Source of the DNA: a virus
Length of the DNA stretch: 64,000 nt
Strand: one strand, 5' to 3'
Virus record (IMG/VR): IMGVR_UViG_3300021090_000723
Location: 1-64,000 of that record
Position 1 is the stretch's first letter. Every line of letters starts with the position of its first letter. The position numbers and the translations under genes were made by a program. Below the pieces are notes generated by a model. It was not told where the DNA came from. It was given only the letters and a program-made list of their open reading frames with translations, and made no database searches. This document shows, one piece after another, positions 29,820 through 39,601 of this stretch.

Positions 29820-31228
29820 AACGTCAGCGGCGGCAGTTCGGCTTCCACCCGGTGCCTGTTCACCAGCGCCACCACCGCATCCCACTCCGTTCGTTTGCCG
29901 TCGATCATCCATGCAGATCTGTGGGGGCCCGAGTCCGCGACATGGTGGCCCTTCTTCCTCAAATACTCGGCAATGTTGAAGCTCGCCGCCGAATCGGCCT
30001 CAGGGAACTTACGCACGCCGTTCGCTTCCGTGAACCTCTCGATGGCATCCCTCGCGGCCGGGTCGCGCTTGAGCGGCACGTCCTTGGGCTTCTCCTGGCG
30101 GACCACCGGCATCGAGACCTTCACTTCGAGCGGGCCCGGTCCCTTCTTGGTCTTGATCTCCTCGGCGATGCGCTCGCCGGCGGGGGTCAAGTGCCACTTC
30201 CCGCCGACACCCATCCCGACCAGGCCGTGCTCTCGCAGCCTGAGCAGGATTTTCGAAAGCTCATGCGTGCCGATACCGGCCAAGGCCAGCATGCGGTCGC
30301 TCAGGTCGTCCTTGCTCACGCAGATCAGCGCGGAACGCTGGCGGGCGCTCAGGTCGTCGGCATAGATCGCACTGTCGGCTGGCTCGGACTGCGGCTCGAT
30401 GCTCGAGACCGGCCCCGGCTCCTTGCGCGGCAGCGCCGGCGCCGACGGGCCCGACGGTCCTCTGTCCCTGTTGCCGCCCTGCCTCGGCATATCGACCTGA
30501 GGTTCGCCCTCCGCGATGACCCGGTAGTCCGGCGCCATGTGGACGCCCACGTTCCGGATGTAGCCCTTGCGTTCGAGCGAGACGAGCAGGGTCGTGATGC
30601 TGCCTTTGGCCACGCCGGCGCGCTCGACTATCACCAAGGCGGTCGGCCGCCGCTGGAGTTTGGTGAAATACCTTAGGGCCTCAAACACCTTGGCCTCGTT
30701 CGGGGTGAGCGGCCTCAGGTTTGGATTGGCCACAAACCCCGGCTTGCCGATCTGGTCGGCATGAACCGGGAGCGCAAGCGGCATGGTGTTAAGATTCTCG
30801 CCCGGCTCGGAGGCTGGCGGCGGCGGGGCGGCCGGACTATCTCCTGGTAGGCGCGGCTTGGGCAGCGCCCATACTTGACCCTGCTCCGGCTCGCTCTCCT
30901 CAACCTCCTGATGCGCGATCCTCGTCCGGGTGGTCTCCACGACCGTGGTGCGCCGGACGCTCAGCGCAGATCTCGGCTCGGCTACATGCGCCGCGGCTGG
31001 CTGGTCGTCGCCCTCGCGGCCCTGGAGCAGTTGTTCTAGGCCGGCGCCGGTGGTGGCGCCCGGCCGGAAGTCGTTCTCCATGTCGGCATAGTCTTCGGCG
31101 CGGACCTTGTTCGTGAAGGTCGCGACCCGTCGGAAGATGTCCGGCGTGGCCTCATGCACCACAAAGACCAGGTGCTCGGTCTCCGCGATCGTTCCGACCA
31201 CGTACCAATACTTGGGCGCTTCGCTCAT
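29816..31228 (-). CDS. Multi-wHTH DNA-binding protein
   Basis: LTPNEAKVF...AGVAKGSITTLLVSLERKGYI and LSARQRSAL...LLRLREHGLV...WHLTPAG separated by Pro-rich linkers. Confidence 0.65.
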   Translation of the reverse strand: MSEAPKYWYVVGTIAETEHLVFVVHEATPDIFRRVATFTNKVRAEDYADMENDFRPGATTGAGLEQLLQGREGDDQPAAAHVAEPRSALSVRRTTVVETTRTRIAHQEVEESEPEQGQVWALPKPRLPGDSPAAPPPPASEPGENLNTMPLALPVHADQIGKPGFVANPNLRPLTPNEAKVFEALRYFTKLQRRPTALVIVERAGVAKGSITTLLVSLERKGYIRNVGVHMAPDYRVIAEGEPQVDMPRQGGNRDRGPSGPSAPALPRKEPGPVSSIEPQSEPADSAIYADDLSARQRSALICVSKDDLSDRMLALAGIGTHELSKILLRLREHGLVGMGVGGKWHLTPAGERIAEEIKTKKGPGPLEVKVSMPVVRQEKPKDVPLKRDPAARDAIERFTEANGVRKFPEADSAASFNIAEYLRKKGHHVADSGPHRSAWMIDGKRTEWDAVVALVNRHRVEAELPPLTF

Positions 31229-31773
31229 GACGTGAGGGCCTTCTTCTGCTGCGACCGTTGTAGGCCTGCACTGATGAAGAGGGGGGTGCGCGCGTGGGCG
31301 GTCTTAGGTTCGAGCTCGTTCAGTTTGAAATCGACCACGCACAGCGCATCGCCCGCGTGGTTGTCGCAGCAGGGCCAGCCGCGCTGGCGGCAACCGGTGA
31401 CCACGGCCAGCTTGATCGCAGCGCTTCCGGCGGGGACAAAGCCGAGCAGCGCCTTGCGGGCGTCCGCCTCAGCGATCCGGTAGAAGGGCACGCTGTGTTC
31501 GTCGGCGATCTCCTGCACGCGGCAGGGGAACGCCATGATGGGGATCAGCTGGACCGGCGTCACGTTCTTGCCGATGAACGGCATGGCGACCACGATGAAG
31601 TCCGGCTTCTGGGCAACGATCAAGCCATTGATGATCGGCACGAGCGAGGCGAAGGCCTGGCCCATCTGCTCCGAGGACCCGGCCAGGTGGTAGGACCCGG
31701 AGGCAGGGGGTTTCCTGCCTCCGAGTGCTCCAAAGCCGGTCCTAAAACCACAATCGATGCCGAGCCCGCGCAT
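31225..31773 (-). CDS. RuvC-like Holliday junction resolvase
   Basis: LGIDCGFRTGF, KPDFIVV, DNHAGDAL. Confidence 0.65.
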   Translation of the reverse strand: MRGLGIDCGFRTGFGALGGRKPPASGSYHLAGSSEQMGQAFASLVPIINGLIVAQKPDFIVVAMPFIGKNVTPVQLIPIMAFPCRVQEIADEHSVPFYRIAEADARKALLGFVPAGSAAIKLAVVTGCRQRGWPCCDNHAGDALCVVDFKLNELEPKTAHARTPLFISAGLQRSQQKKALTS

Positions 31774-32210
31774 TAGCCGTGGTCGTCCGCTCCCGCGTGC
31801 TCGCCGGCGTCCTCGCGCTCCGAGGCCGACTGGCCCAGGGGCGTGTTGAGGAAGATCCCGAGCGCATCGCGCAAGGACTTCAACTGGGTACGCTCATCGG
31901 GCTCCATTTCCTTCTCGGCCGCGATGCGCTTCTTTTCCCGGCGGTCTTCCGACAGAGCCGTCCGCATGATCGAGCGGGGGATGCCCGTCTCGTTCGCGGC
32001 CTTCTCCAGCAGGTTCTTGACGTCGGACATGCACTCGCCGGATAGCTTGTCCTTCTCGTCCAACAGCCGGTTGTATTCGGCCGCATAGGCTTTCGCCGCG
32101 GTCTTGCTGACCCCGACGTTCTTCCGGCGCTCGGACTTGGTCGCCGCCGCCTTTTTGGGAGCGGCAGGGGCCTTTCCATGGCCCTTACCGTTTGCTGCTT
32201 TGCTTGCCAT
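31773..32210 (-). CDS. GapR/DUF2312-like DNA-binding protein
   Basis: YAAEYNRLLDEKD...DVKNLLEKAANETGIPRSIMRTAL..RR...LRDALG. Confidence 0.55.
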   Translation of the reverse strand: MASKAANGKGHGKAPAAPKKAAATKSERRKNVGVSKTAAKAYAAEYNRLLDEKDKLSGECMSDVKNLLEKAANETGIPRSIMRTALSEDRREKKRIAAEKEMEPDERTQLKSLRDALGIFLNTPLGQSASEREDAGEHAGADDHG

Positions 32211-32520
32211 GCGTTTGGCCCTCCTTGGGCCCGTTCACCGCGTTGTTGAAAGCCCTGACGGCGGTGCGGCTTGCCGTTCGCTGGGCGATTGATTCTTGTG
32301 GATGATTCTGACGCCAGGCTTCCAGGTGATCGCTGATCGTGACCGGCTCCGGCCCCAAAGCTTCCGTGACCAACTCGATCCGGAGCGCAACTTCAGGACG
32401 GGGGAACGTGAGGCCCTTCTCGATTCTGTAGGTGTGACTGGGGCCTAGACCGAACAGTTCGCCCGCTTGGCGGAAGCTCAGTTCGTTCTTCTCGCGCCAG
32501 CGAATCATCTGCATGCGCAC
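32185..32520 (-). CDS. Cro-like XRE HTH regulator
   Basis: WREKNELSFRQAGELFGLGPSHTYRIEKG..FPRPE.ALRIE.VT; first gene of the leftward arm. Confidence 0.8.
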   Translation of the reverse strand: MRMQMIRWREKNELSFRQAGELFGLGPSHTYRIEKGLTFPRPEVALRIELVTEALGPEPVTISDHLEAWRQNHPQESIAQRTASRTAVRAFNNAVNGPKEGQTHGKQSSKR

Positions 32521-32632
32521 GAGTCTATATGTTGCGGTGTTCTACAAACAGAAACGCCAGAGGCGCGTTCTTCTTTGCAGGGCATGCGAAATCAGAGTAA
32601 TGATTCGCGTCACGAACTGAGGGGTTCAGCGC
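32521..32632. promoter_or_regulatory. Divergent promoter region between the two arms
   Basis: Strand switch; TTGCAG-N17-TAATGA rightward; TATAGACT leftward; contains a 15-mer shared with the 20129-20143 promoter spacer. Confidence 0.65.
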
Positions 32633-32797
32633 ATGCCCGCGAGCCGTCGTAACTGCCGCCTTTGGCCGTTCACCACCATCGGAACCATCGTCTTTCTCGG
32701 CGCCGCCGTGATCGTCGGCTACATGGGCTACTCGGCGTTCTGGTACATCGCCGCCAACCCGGATGAAGCCGCGCTGATGCTGGGGGCGCTCAAATGA
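32633..32797 (+). CDS. Small membrane protein (54 aa; not in the ORF track)
   Basis: GAGGGG RBS; hydrophobic run FTTIGTIVFLGAAVIVGYMGY; stop overlaps the next start. Confidence 0.55.
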   Translation: MPASRRNCRLWPFTTIGTIVFLGAAVIVGYMGYSAFWYIAANPDEAALMLGALK

Positions 32798-32997
32798 TGA
32801 ACGAGCCAGCCGAGGGGCAGATATGGCGCGACAACGACAGGCGAAAGTTCCGCTTGGTCTACGTGATCTCGAACAGGGGTGGCTGGGTCCGCGTCTTCAC
32901 CTGCGAAGAGGACGGCACCCAGAAGCGCGGCACCCGCGCCACTCACATCGCTGCTGACCGATTTATCGTGGACTTCACCTTTGCGAGGCAGAAATGA
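32794..32997 (+). CDS. Hypothetical protein
   Basis: PAEGQIWRDNDRR; coupled ORF. Confidence 0.6.
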   Translation: MMNEPAEGQIWRDNDRRKFRLVYVISNRGGWVRVFTCEEDGTQKRGTRATHIAADRFIVDFTFARQK

Positions 32998-33332
32998 CCA
33001 ATGATCCCGTGCGGGTCCACCTGCTGAAAAGCTGGCCCGAATCGTTCGATGCGATCCTCTCCGGGGACAAGCCGTTCGATGTCCGGGTTGCCGATCGCGA
33101 CTATCAGGTGGGCGATTGGGTCAAGCTGCACAAATACGACCCGCAGCTGAAGGCCTACATGGGCGAGGTCTGCTACCGGCTGATCGGGTTCATGCAGCCC
33201 GTGATAATCGCCGAGGACACTTGGGAGGAGGGCATAGCGCACCGCTGGGATGTGCTGCATGAGCAAAGTGTCATCCTCGGCTACTCGTCCGGCGGCCATC
33301 CCGGCGACAACATCGTGATCGTCAGCCCATGA
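32994..33332 (+). CDS. DUF3850/ASCH-like protein
   Basis: HLLKSWPESFDAILSGDKPFDVRVADRDYQVGD. Confidence 0.8.
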   Translation: MTNDPVRVHLLKSWPESFDAILSGDKPFDVRVADRDYQVGDWVKLHKYDPQLKAYMGEVCYRLIGFMQPVIIAEDTWEEGIAHRWDVLHEQSVILGYSSGGHPGDNIVIVSP

Positions 33333-33528
33333 CAGGCGAAACCCCATACGACCTGGTCCTGGAGATCGCCGAACTGAAGGACACTCCGGCCGGGCAGGCC
33401 GCCTGCGAGACGGACCCGGCTCTCATGCTCAACACGATCATCGATCGAGCCAAGGCCGTGCTCAGAGGTGGCGGGCCGGCCCCGCCAACTGGCCGTGACT
33501 TCCATCGCGGGCGCGGCTTCGAGAACAG

Positions 33529-34800
33529 ATGACGGGGCACCTTCTCTTGATCGACGCCTCCGGCTTCGCCTATCGCGCCTACCACGCGATGTCCCCGCGG
33601 TTCCGGTCCGATGGTATGCCCACGCACGCCATCATCGGCTTCATGTCGCTGCTGTCCCGGATGATCGACCGCGCGGACAAGGACCCCTACCAACTCGCCG
33701 CGGCGGTGTTCGACGCGCCGGGCCCGACCTTCCGGCACAAGCTGTACCCCAAATACAAGGCGCAGCGCGTGCGGCCCGAGGATCTCAACCGGCAACTGCC
33801 CATCCTGCGCGAGGCCGCCCACGTCATGGGGTTCGAGCCGGTCGAACTCGACGGCTACGAGGCCGACGACATGATCGCGACCCTTGCCACCCTCGCCAAG
33901 GCGGCCAAGCTCCGGACCACCATCGTGTCGATCGACAAGGATTTCTGCCAGCTGGTGGAGGACGACGTGATCGAGATCGCCAACCCGGTCGAGCGGGTGC
34001 GCGTGCTCGAGTACGACGTGCTCCAGAAGTTCGGCGTGGCGCCGGACCTGGTCCCCGACGTTCAGGCGCTGTGCGGCGATGCCGTCGACAACATCCCCGG
34101 CGTGCCTGGCATCGGCCTCAAGACGGCGTCCGGCCTGATCCGCCGGTTTGGTTCGCTCGAAGGGCTCCGCAAGGCCCTCAGCCGGCCGACCGAGTGGACG
34201 GGGCGCACCCGGATTCGCGACTCCTTGCGGAAGGAAGCGCCGAACTTCCCGCTCTACCGGAAGCTGGTCACATTGAAGCGCAACGCGCCTTGGCCTGGTG
34301 AGATCCTATCCTTGCGGCCGCAGCACACGAGCGAGCCAGCGATCCGCGACATGCTCCGTCTGCTCGATGCTGGGGCGCTGTACGAGAGCATGTTCGAGCG
34401 CGGCGCGCGGCCGCCGCGCGTGGTCCAGGCCGATCCCGACCCCTATGCCTGGTGGAAGGAAGAACTGCTGGCCCGGGGGCAGGTGATCCCGCCCATCCCG
34501 CAATGCGGCTTCTACGAGCGGCGCCTGAACAAGTTCACCCAGCCGGTGGTGGCGCGCATCTGGCGCGAGCCCGAGCGCGACTTCATGACCGAGCAGCCGA
34601 CGGGCATGGACGTCCTGCGCTGCGAGGTCAACGGCGACCGCAAGGACCCCTACGATATGTGGGGCTATCTCTGCGCCAAGCCGATCACGCTCAAGGCCTA
34701 CGAGACCCGCAGCGGCACGCGCATCGAGACCATCAATTCCCCCGTCGATTTCACCAAACTCCCACCGCCGACCTTCGGCAGAAAGCGCAGCAAGACATGA
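33529..34800 (+). CDS. Pol I-type 5'-3' exonuclease/flap endonuclease fused to an extra C-terminal domain
   Basis: LLLIDASGFAYRAYHA, FRHKLYPKYKAQR, YEADD, DKDF.QL, GDAVDNIPGVPGIGLKTA. Confidence 0.9.
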   Translation: MTGHLLLIDASGFAYRAYHAMSPRFRSDGMPTHAIIGFMSLLSRMIDRADKDPYQLAAAVFDAPGPTFRHKLYPKYKAQRVRPEDLNRQLPILREAAHVMGFEPVELDGYEADDMIATLATLAKAAKLRTTIVSIDKDFCQLVEDDVIEIANPVERVRVLEYDVLQKFGVAPDLVPDVQALCGDAVDNIPGVPGIGLKTASGLIRRFGSLEGLRKALSRPTEWTGRTRIRDSLRKEAPNFPLYRKLVTLKRNAPWPGEILSLRPQHTSEPAIRDMLRLLDAGALYESMFERGARPPRVVQADPDPYAWWKEELLARGQVIPPIPQCGFYERRLNKFTQPVVARIWREPERDFMTEQPTGMDVLRCEVNGDRKDPYDMWGYLCAKPITLKAYETRSGTRIETINSPVDFTKLPPPTFGRKRSKT

Positions 34801-36299
34801 GCGACGAATTCGCCCGGTCCCCCAGCGTCAACCGTCAGCACAACAAGCCGCCGATCGAGGCGCCCACGCCGGTTGATGCTCAGGCCGATGTCAGGGAACG
34901 CTACCCCGATGTCGAGAAGCGCGCTGAAGAGCTTCTGGCCTCGGCCAAGCAGGTTCCGGAGCGCATCGAGGACGAGGCGACGGCCAAGGATGTCCAGACC
35001 CTGCTGCGCTCGATGACCGAAACTATGGGCGGCTGGAAGTCGCTGCGCACCAACGAGAAGGGCCCATGGCAGAAGGTCGCCGACACCGTCTATGCGTTCT
35101 TCACCACGCCGTTGGAGAAGGTCAAGAAGTCCCACGACGACATCAAGGCCCGCTACACCGCCTATCAGGAGATCGTCCGGGAGAAGGAGCGGCAGGCGCG
35201 GGAAGAGCGGGCCCAGAAAGAGCGGGATGAAGCCGCCAGGCTGCAAAAGGAGGCCGAGGAAGCGCGTGAGCGCCGGGAGAAGGCCGAGGCCGACGAGCGC
35301 GCGGCGCGTGAGCGCGAAGCCGAAGCCCAGCGCAAGGCCGCCGAGGCTGAGCAGCGTCGCATCGATGCCGACGCCGCGGCCGCACGGGCCAAAGCCGAAG
35401 CGGAACGCATCGCGCGCGAGAAGAAGGACCGTGACGACCGCGAGCGCCGGGTGCTGATGGACAACCTCTCGATGCTGCGCCGGCAGGCGACCCTGATCGA
35501 GCAGTTTATCGGCAAGGAAATCGCCGGCAAGATCGAGGAGGACGAACTGGTCCGGCTCGAAGACCTGCTCAGTCCCCATGGCTCGATGGCGCAGATGGCC
35601 GCGCCGATCCTGCGTGGGCTTGATCTCCTGGACGAAACCCAGCAGGCCGGGTTCAAGCTGATCCGGGAGCGGCGCTCGCTTCTGATCGCGGAGCGTGACA
35701 AGCGCATCGCCGACCACGTGGCCGAGGTCCGGCGCAAGGAGCAGGAAGAGGCCGACCGGCGCGAGGCCGATGCCGCCGAGGCACGCCGCAAAGAGCGGGA
35801 GGATGAAGAGGCCCGCCTTGAGACGGCCCGCCGTCAGCGTAAGGATGAGGAGGACAAGGCCGCCGCCGCCCGCCTCGATCAGAAGGCCGCCAAGGCAGAC
35901 GCGCGCGAGGCGAGGTCGGACGCGCGCGACGCCTATTCCGAGGGCAAGGACGCGGGCAAGACCGAGAAGGCCGCCGAAGCGATTGCCGAGAAGACCGACG
36001 CCAGGGCCGACCGGCTCCAGCGCTCGGCCGACGGCGCGACTGATGCCGACCTCACGCGGCTGCGGGGCGAGCACGGCACGGTCGGATCGCTGACCGCGCG
36101 CTGGACCGTTGCCGCCATCGACCACGACGTGGTCCCGCTGGAGAAGCTTCGCGGCTTCTTCATGGCCGACCACGTCGACGCGGCGATCTACCGCTACATG
36201 CGCGCCAACCAGGGCGAATGGGCGGGCAAGGAAATTGTGGATACCGCGCTTGAGGGCGTGATCTTCGAGCGGATTCCCGAGACCAGGATCAAGGGCTGA
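34797..36299 (+). CDS. Long coiled-coil protein of the recombination module
   Basis: HNKPP N-terminus; extended A/E/R-rich helix; ...GVIFE C-terminus; lies between the exonuclease and RecT. Confidence 0.7.
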   Translation: MSDEFARSPSVNRQHNKPPIEAPTPVDAQADVRERYPDVEKRAEELLASAKQVPERIEDEATAKDVQTLLRSMTETMGGWKSLRTNEKGPWQKVADTVYAFFTTPLEKVKKSHDDIKARYTAYQEIVREKERQAREERAQKERDEAARLQKEAEEARERREKAEADERAAREREAEAQRKAAEAEQRRIDADAAAARAKAEAERIAREKKDRDDRERRVLMDNLSMLRRQATLIEQFIGKEIAGKIEEDELVRLEDLLSPHGSMAQMAAPILRGLDLLDETQQAGFKLIRERRSLLIAERDKRIADHVAEVRRKEQEEADRREADAAEARRKEREDEEARLETARRQRKDEEDKAAAARLDQKAAKADAREARSDARDAYSEGKDAGKTEKAAEAIAEKTDARADRLQRSADGATDADLTRLRGEHGTVGSLTARWTVAAIDHDVVPLEKLRGFFMADHVDAAIYRYMRANQGEWAGKEIVDTALEGVIFERIPETRIKG

Positions 36300-36586
36300 T
36301 GCCACACTATCTGGCGGAGTTCGAGTTCTACGACCGGGAACACACGGTCCACTCGACCAAGATCATGGTCGAGAGCCCCGACGATAAGGCCGTGGTCGAA
36401 GACATCCGCCGGTGGATGAAGCGCCGCCAGGAGTGCGTGCCTGAATGGTTCACGACCTATCTGGCGGTCAAGATCCACGGCTTCTTCATCGGGCGCGTGG
36501 ACGAGAAGGGCAGCATCGACCCGGGCATCCGCCACCGCGTCTACGAGTGGAAAATCGATCACGACACCAACCCCTACGGCACATAG
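36299..36586 (+). CDS. Hypothetical protein
   Basis: Coupled ORF. Confidence 0.55.
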   Translation: MPHYLAEFEFYDREHTVHSTKIMVESPDDKAVVEDIRRWMKRRQECVPEWFTTYLAVKIHGFFIGRVDEKGSIDPGIRHRVYEWKIDHDTNPYGT

Positions 36587-36594
36587 GAGCGACC

Positions 36595-37836
36595 ATGACG
36601 ACTGATCTTCCAGAAAATCTGCCCGCCATCACCAAGGCGGACTTGCAGGAGGTTGGATTCCCCGAGGGCATGCAGATGGCCGCGGGGCTTGCCGTCTTCC
36701 TGAACGACAGCCTCTTCAAGCGCTGCTCATCGATCGCGGTGCGCATGGCCAATGCGGCCAAGGAGGGCGTGCTCCCCAAGCATCTGGCCGACCGGCCGGC
36801 GGCGTGCTTTGCCATCATCAGCCGGGCCATCACCTGGAACCTCGATCCGTTCGCCGTCGCGCAATGCACCTATGAGACCCCGGGCGGGCGCATCGGGTAC
36901 GAGGGTAAGCTCGTCCAGGCCATCCTGGAGAACAGCGGTCACCTTGAGGGTGGCGTGCGCTACGAACACAGAGGCGATTGGAGCCAGGTCGAGGGCAAGT
37001 ACAAGATGATCGACAGCCAGAGGGGTGGAAAATACCCGAGCCCGACCTGGACGCCGGAGGACGCGAAGGGTCTTTCGGTTGTCGTCTCCGCCAAAGTGAA
37101 GGGCCGCGCCGAGGCTGAGACCCTGACCTTCAAACTGACGGAAGCCTTCCCGCTGAATTCACCGCTGTGGGCGACGGCGCCGCACCGGCAGATTTGCTAC
37201 ACGGCCGTGCGCGCGTTCGCGAACCTGTGCCTGCCCTCGATCCTCATGGGCGTACCATTCGACGTGGACCCGGTCTCGTTCTATGGCGACCCGATGCCGC
37301 CGACGACCGATATCACGCCGCGCAAGCCGGACGCGCCAGCGAAGGGCAATGAGTTCGACCGCTCGTCTCCGCGCAAGGACGCGGAGTTCAAGCCGGACGA
37401 GACGATCCCAGCGGGCAAGGCGGCCGACCCACCAGCCGTCCAGGAGACGCTCCAGCAGCAGGGCGAGCCCGCGCCCCAGGCCGAAACTCAGTCAACTGGA
37501 ACGCAGGAAACCCCGGCTCAAGTAAAGCCGATTCCCGAAACCCAGCCCCAGACCATCGTGGCCAAGGCCGAAATGGAGCCGCAGCCCGATCTGCTGGACG
37601 ATCCAGCCGCGCGGAAGCTGCAAGGCCTCAAGGACTACCTCGCGGATCTGATCGGGGGCGACCTCAAGAAGTGCAAGCACGTCCGCGACGTGACCGAGCT
37701 TTACAAATCCGAGGAGCACAACTTCACCGACCCGGAGCACAAGGCGCTTTTGGAGGAATGGGGCAAGTCCTGCAAGGCCAAGCAGCAGGAGATCATCGCC
37801 GCGGCCAATGCTCCGAAGGCCGGAGCCAAGAAGTAG
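36595..37836 (+). CDS. recT: RecT-like single-strand annealing protein
   Basis: LPKHL...AACFAI..RA..W.LDPFAVAQ.TY...IGYEGKLV.A; SPLW...P..QI.Y..VRAFA....P..LMGV; AGGAG RBS. Confidence 0.8.
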   Translation: MTTDLPENLPAITKADLQEVGFPEGMQMAAGLAVFLNDSLFKRCSSIAVRMANAAKEGVLPKHLADRPAACFAIISRAITWNLDPFAVAQCTYETPGGRIGYEGKLVQAILENSGHLEGGVRYEHRGDWSQVEGKYKMIDSQRGGKYPSPTWTPEDAKGLSVVVSAKVKGRAEAETLTFKLTEAFPLNSPLWATAPHRQICYTAVRAFANLCLPSILMGVPFDVDPVSFYGDPMPPTTDITPRKPDAPAKGNEFDRSSPRKDAEFKPDETIPAGKAADPPAVQETLQQQGEPAPQAETQSTGTQETPAQVKPIPETQPQTIVAKAEMEPQPDLLDDPAARKLQGLKDYLADLIGGDLKKCKHVRDVTELYKSEEHNFTDPEHKALLEEWGKSCKAKQQEIIAAANAPKAGAKK

Positions 37837-37839
37837 GCG

Positions 37840-38310
37840 ATGCCGACACTCTGGCTCAAACGCCGTCGCGGGCGTGCGCTCATGGAGTGGGCCGCCAAGG
37901 GCGGGAGCGCACTCGTGCCCTATGACGAATATGGCGAGGAAGAGATCAACGAGGTCCCGCTCGACCAGCCATGCCGCACGGTGCTGAACGTCTACAGCAG
38001 CGATCCCACCTTGCGCCGGCTCTTCCACGTGATCGTGGGCAAGGTGTCGAAGGGCACGGGGCGGAGCCGGGATGGCATCGTTGACGAACTGAAGGTGCGC
38101 GCCGGGCACTGCGAGACGTTCTTCATCGGCGAACACACGGTGAAGATGCCGAAATCGATCAGCGAGAAGAAGGGCTGCGACGAACTGAAGTTCCGGGAGT
38201 TCTTCGACGCGGCCATGGTCGCGCTCGCTGACGACCCCTTCAACATTGACCCTGCGGTGATCGAGGGCTGGATCGCCGAGGCCAGACAGAAGCGAGCACA
38301 AAGACGATGA
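37840..38310 (+). CDS. DUF1367/NinB-like protein
   Basis: LKVRAGHCE...PKSIS...DE..FREFF; follows RecT. Confidence 0.55.
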   Translation: MPTLWLKRRRGRALMEWAAKGGSALVPYDEYGEEEINEVPLDQPCRTVLNVYSSDPTLRRLFHVIVGKVSKGTGRSRDGIVDELKVRAGHCETFFIGEHTVKMPKSISEKKGCDELKFREFFDAAMVALADDPFNIDPAVIEGWIAEARQKRAQRR

Positions 38311-38687
38311 AACGACTGAGACACCGCACCGCCGATGAGGTTAAGCGTCTGATCGGCGCCCGCATCCGAGAGCGGCGCACGCTGGTAGAAATGACGCTGG
38401 AAAACCTATCGGAAATGATCGGTCTCTCCATGGGCCAGGTGGCGCGCTACGAGACCGGCGAGACGCCCGTGGACACCGTGACGCTGGTCCGGATCGCGCT
38501 CGCGCTGAACTGCTCGGTTGTCTCGCTGATGGCCGACTTCATGGAAGAACAACCGGCGCCAGCGCTGCCGCCCGACGTGATCGAGATCGCACACGCGGCG
38601 AACGCCATCAAGAACGGCGGGCTCCGCGGCGCGGTCAAGCAGCTGGCCGTCGGGCTCGCCAAGTGGGAACAGGCCAATGGGCGGTGA
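38307..38687 (+). CDS. XRE-family HTH regulator
   Basis: IGARIRERRTLVEMTLENLSEMIGLSMGQVARYETGE. Confidence 0.85.
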   Translation: MKRLRHRTADEVKRLIGARIRERRTLVEMTLENLSEMIGLSMGQVARYETGETPVDTVTLVRIALALNCSVVSLMADFMEEQPAPALPPDVIEIAHAANAIKNGGLRGAVKQLAVGLAKWEQANGR

Positions 38688-39601
38688 GGACTACGTCGAG
38701 GTCGTCGTGGTGCTGAAGACGGTGCGGGAGAAGTCGATCCTCGTATCGGCGGCCGAGGACCGGACCGTTCAGGCCTGGATCGGGCGGAATTGCATCTATG
38801 GTCCGGACGAGCAGGGCCTGGGAAGGCTCCGCACGCCGCAAGAGACAACCATCCGCATGTTCCGCTGGGTGGCCGAGAAAGAGGGCCTGATATGATTAAG
38901 TGGACCGGCACTCGCAACGGCCGCCAGCTGCTCGGGATCGGTCTCGAGGAGGGCAACTTCAGGAAGCTCCGCGAGGGCATGCCCATCTTTGTCGATGGCA
39001 CCAAGATCAACCTGCCCATGGACCTCCTTATCCACTCTGGCCCTAGCAAGGAGGCGATGCTCACCGAGTTGAAGGCGCTGGGCGTGGAACTGCCGCCACT
39101 CCAGGACTGGATCGGGGCAGAGCACGTGGACCCCGGCGCCATGGTGCGGGAGGAAGAGCGCAACAAACACGCCCTCGCCAAGGACGAGATCATACAGATC
39201 CTGCCCGCCCATAAATGGGGCGGGTGCCTGGCGATCGTCAGCGAAGTCAAATCGTGGGGCGTGCTGGCCTATGTCACGGTCCCGGGCAGCGAAGGCATGC
39301 CGGCGGGCCACGCCCATATCCGGCTGGTCGCTGGCGACTTCGAGCGCATCGGGGCCAAGGCGACTTACATTCCAGCGGACGGCGGCTGATGCAGTACCAC
39401 ATCAACGACTTCATCGAGATCATGAAGAGTCCCGCGCGCGTCGAGCAGTTCAAGCGCGATCACGCCGACGGCGAGCCCATCGAGCTATCGCTGGACGGCT
39501 ACAGCCTGGAAGAGCGCGAGCGCATCTGGACGCAACTGGCGGAAGGGTTTCGTCAACTGAACCCCGACCTGGTTGTGACCGACAAGAGGGGACGCGCGTG
39601 A
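38677..39601 (+). other. Three small hypothetical genes (38677-38895, 38892-39389, 39389-39601)
   Basis: Coupled ORFs. Confidence 0.55.

Noticed and set aside
35180-36030. Repetitive GCC/GAG/CGC-rich DNA
   Set aside because: Explained by an A/E/R-rich coiled coil; no discrete repeat unit or CRISPR-like spacing
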